From: Thraustochytrium aureum
Lineage: Eukaryota
Direction: 5' to 3'
DNA: 44,001 nucleotides
Assembly (NCBI GenBank): GCA_012862495.1
Contig: BLSG01000422.1
Span: 32,696 to 76,696, forward strand
The first letter of the stretch is position 1. The number at the start of each line of letters is the position of its first letter. Below the pieces are notes generated by a model, which was given only the letters and a program-made list of their open reading frames with translations, was not told where the DNA came from and did no database searches. Below are positions 40,401-44,001 of the stretch, piece by piece. The position numbers and the translations under genes were made by a program.

Positions 40401-43035
40401 AACGGTTTGACAGCGCCGCGGCCATGGCGCTTGCCCGTCTTGGCGAAGGCCAGCAGCGGCGCCTCGTTTATGACTGGCGCTTGGCAGGGGGCGAGGGCGG
40501 GGGCCGCGCGCGGCCGAGCGTGCCGCCTGCGCTGCCCTACGAGACAGGCTGTACAGCCCCACTTCAAGACCCATTAGGGCCTAGCATATTGCTGCGCAAG
40601 CCGGACGGTCTTCAGGGCGGGCAGGGAGCGCCCTCCGAGCCGGGACGCCAAGGGGCAGAGCACCACCACCTGCGCTTCGAATCTCGGTTTGAGAGCGGCA
40701 ATTTGTTGCAAGCTGTCCGCGTCGCGCCGCGCGAGTACGACCTCGTGGTGCGCTCCGACCTGCACACGCGCTCGCATCATCAGTGGTTTTACTTTGCCGT
40801 GTCCGATACGCATTCTCCCGGCCACGAGAGCGGAGCTGGCCCGGTCGAGTACAAATTCAATATTGTCAATATGACCAAGCCCAGCTCGATGTTCTCGGCG
40901 GGCATGCAGCCCGTGCTGTACAGCGTGGGCCGGGCCAGAGAGCAATCAACTGGTTGGCGACGCGCGGGCACGAACGTGTCATATTTCGCCAACTCGCACC
41001 CGACGCCGAGCGGCAAGAAGGGCGCCGGGCATTTTTACACGCTGACGTTCACGATGAGCTTCGATCGCGCTGACGACACCTACCTGGTGGCGATGTGCTA
41101 CCCCTACACTTACACGCAGCTGCAGCGCTTCCTGTCGAGGCAGTGCTCGCAGGCCTCCGCGAACGTGTGCCGGCGCGCGCTGCTCTGCTCGACGCTAGGA
41201 GGGCTGCGGTGCGACGTCCTCACCATAACTGACTTTGACTCGCCGTCGGCGCAGCTCGCCAACCGCCCGGCAGTTGTTTTCACTGCTCGTGTGCACCCTG
41301 GAGAGGTGGTCGCGAGCTACATGATGGAGGGAACGATNNNNNNNNNNNNNNNNNNNNNNNNNNNNNNNNNNNNNNNNNNNNNNNNNNNNNNNNNNNNNNN
41401 NNNNNNNNNNNNNNNNNNNNNNNNNNNNNNNNNNNNNNNNNNNNNNNNNNNNNNNNNNNNNNNNNNNNNNNNNNNNNNNNNNNNNNNNNNNNNNNNNNNN
41501 NNNNNNNNNNNNNNNNNNNNNNNNNNNNNNNNNNNNNNNNNNNNNNNNNNNNNNNNNNNNNNNNNNNNNNNNNNNNNNNNNNNNNNNGAGAGGTGGTCGC
41601 GAGCTACATGATGGAGGGAACGATCCGGTTTTTGACGGGGCCGAGCGCGCTGGCGACCGTGCTGCGGTCTCTGTACGTGTTCAAGATTGTGCCCATGCTC
41701 AACCCCGACGGCGTGTTCCACGGCAACTCGCGCACGTCTCTCTCTGGGTGCGACCTGAACCGCGCCTGGTCCAAGCCCGACCCTCACGCTTTCCCCACGA
41801 TCTGGCACACCAAGCAACTCGTCAAGGAGATGATCGCGGAGCGCAAGGTGGCCCTGTTTGTGGATTTTCACGGCCACTCGCGCAAGAAGAACATTTTCAT
41901 GTACGGCGTGGAGTACAAGAAGCAGCTCTCGTCGCCGCTCAGCTCTGCCGACCTCTACCTCAACCCTGTGCGCCAGTACCCCCGCCTCGTGGCCGAGTCT
42001 CCGCAGAGCTCGCACATATTCTCGCTCCCAGACTGCTCGTTCACGGTCAGCAAGTCACACGCGCAGGCGGCCCGCGTTGTCGTCGCGCGAGAGCTCGGCG
42101 TCCGCGCAAGCTTTACGCTGGAGGCCTCGTTTTGCGGGGCTGGTCCGGGCACGCTCAACACGCGTTTGCAGGAAGCCCACTTTAACGCGGGCCACTTTGG
42201 CCAGATTGGCGCTGGGCTCTGCGACGCCCTGCTGAAAATGTACCATAGCAAGCTCTATGCGGCTCTAGCCACTGCGTGCCCGGGCTATGCATCTGCGGCG
42301 CTCCCGCGGCAGGCTCTCGTCAAAATTTACGCGATCGGGGGGAAGGCCGAGGCCGCTCTGGGGCTGCAAGGGCTGCCAGGAGGTGCTGCCACTCACCCAT
42401 CAGCGGGCCAAGGGCCTGCGGTGACTGGGGGTGCGGCTTCTAGTTTTGCCATTGCCCGGCGAAGGGAGCGGCAGCGCCTCAACGCGCAGCTTTTGCACGT
42501 CGCCGACGACGACAAGCCAGACGCGGCCACCGATTCAAAGCGGTCCTCGCCAGTGAGTTCCGCGGCCCCGGGCGCATCCCGGAAAGCCGCTCCGCTGCCT
42601 GGGCGGACCATGCCGCCGCTCACCAAGCCCAAGCTGCGCAAGCCGCTACAGAGCTCCACTCTCGACTTTGCCCCAACCGGTGGGGTCGGCCATGGGGACG
42701 TGCCGAGCCGGCCGGGCTCGGCCGGGGAATCGAAGGCCAGAGGAACAACCACGCAGCCGAGCGATCCTATCACGGATCGGGGGCCCGGGAACCGCGCCAA
42801 GAAAACGCCGGTGCGACGCGCAAAGCGCGTGGGCACGCTCGCGCGCCACTTCAGTGCGGCCTCGCTTGACGCGGCGGCGCGCTCCAAGTCGGTGACTGAT
42901 TTGCTTCGAGAGGCGAGCTTTGATCGCCTCACCGATGGCGGCCAAGCCGCCGTCCGGCCCGCCGTTGAGCGGCATTCCGCCGTCGGCCGGAGGCCGCGAG
43001 GAAGGCCAGCCTCGCTTCCAAGCGTTGACCCTTGA
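37448..43035 (+). CDS. Cytosolic carboxypeptidase (M14D, CCP1/Nna1-like tubulin deglutamylase) with N-terminal armadillo-like repeats; two spurious gaps and several apparent frameshifts in the N-terminal part
   Basis: FESRFESGNL, QWFYFAV, YPYTY, Zn motif ARVHPGE, PMLNPDGV..GNSR, DLNR, DFHGHS and catalytic SFTLEASF. An ARM-like helical N-terminus and acidic linker precede these, as in CCP1/CCP4. Confidence 0.9.
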
Positions 43036-43224
43036 TTCATCTCACTCCTGCCAGCGGAGGCTTTTCGTGTGTCCAGCAGCAGTCGTGCGGATGGCCTTTG
43101 CGCTGTGAGGTCGCAGCCCGCCCGCCCCTCTTCGCCTGGGTGATGGGATGAGCAACGGCCGTGCCAATCAACTGAACGACAGAGGTCGTCGACTTGGCTG
43201 AGCGTTGGCCGTCGGACGACCAAC

Positions 43225-43317
43225 AACACCATCACCACCAGCAGCAGCACCAACAGCAAAAGCAATAGCAGCAGCAGCAGCAGCACCAGCAGAAGCAGCA
43301 GCAGCAGCAGCAGCAGC
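43225..43317. repeat. Imperfect (GCA)n trinucleotide repeat
   Basis: Directly visible. Confidence 0.85.
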
Positions 43318-43933
43318 GCCGCCAACCAGTTCGTTGGCCAGTGAGCAGCTCGTGCATCGAGTTCTCGATCGAGAATGGCAAGTAGACTCCCGCCAGAGTT
43401 GGTAGTTGTTGGCCAACGCACAACTCGGGGTTCTGCACCGCCGGCGAGCAGCTCTCCGTTCGCCCATAGTCCTCCTCCTCCGCGTCGCCGCGCACGATCG
43501 TCTCCGCCACCTCTCTCCACTCTTGACCATGAAATAGAACTCCTCAAAGTCTCTCACGCCTCACATCCCTGCGCTCCTCCTCCTTCCCTCCTCCCCTCTC
43601 ATCCGCATTCACTCTTGAACCGAACAAAATGCACAATTGAAGAAATAAAAACCACCGAATTGCTATTATTCCGAGAGGAGGCCGTGAGGCGCCGAGAGGC
43701 CAGGCAGGCAATTATTGGCCGCAATTATTGGCCTCTTTTCGAGTTGCTTTGCTTTTGGTTTGCTTTTGTTTTGCTTTTGTTTTTCAGTCGATGGGTTAGG
43801 TGGTTTGGTGAGAGCAGAGCGCGAAAGGCACGCGGCAACCGCGCGGCCGTGCGGCTCGCGCAGGAGGCGGACGCGCGAGGCGCTGCGGGCTGTCAGGGGG
43901 ACTGCGCTAGGGACGCTGCACGCTCGCACGCGC

Positions 43934-43962
43934 GCAGGCAGGCAGGCAGGCAGGCAGGCAGG
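43934..43962. repeat. (GCAG)n tetranucleotide microsatellite
   Basis: Directly visible; a shorter complementary (CCTG)n lies near 8936-8957. Confidence 0.9.
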
Positions 43963-44001
43963 TACGCGGTGCGGGCTGCTCGGCCTGCACGGACGCCAGG
44001 T

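Noticed and set aside
1..44001. tRNA, rRNA, telomeric repeats, endogenous virus or transposase genes
   Set aside because: No recognisable signatures were seen by eye; the contents of the N gaps cannot be assessed.

Overview
GC-rich, gene-dense, intron-poor eukaryotic nuclear DNA from a flagellated protist. IFT27, a cytosolic carboxypeptidase, a fungal-type Zn2Cys6 factor and sparse short introns suggest a stramenopile such as a labyrinthulomycete; this taxon call is inference. About 17 protein-coding genes lie in this order: 3' end of a Cys-containing membrane protein, large C2/EF-hand/Tudor-like/SPRY-like protein, mucin-like type I membrane protein, IFT27, membrane-anchored TTL-like protein lacking catalytic residues, sulfotransferase, RNase H1 (2 introns), HEXXH zincin-like gene (1 intron), mitochondrion-targeted cold-shock-domain protein, SYLF protein, Zn2Cys6/polyQ transcription factor, multi-CH-domain protein, multi-domain GT77-type glycosyltransferase, arrestin-domain protein, HIRIP3/CHZ-like histone chaperone, RNA Pol III subunit RPC8, and an ARM-repeat CCP1-like deglutamylase. 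The assembly is draft quality: eight N gaps, three with duplicated flanks, and many single-base frameshifts, mostly at homopolymers. No rRNA, tRNA, CRISPR array or recognisable mobile element was found. The best leads are the type II membrane TTL pseudo-ligase beside a sulfotransferase, the intron-bearing bacterial-like HEXXH gene, and two dense motif clusters in promoter regions.
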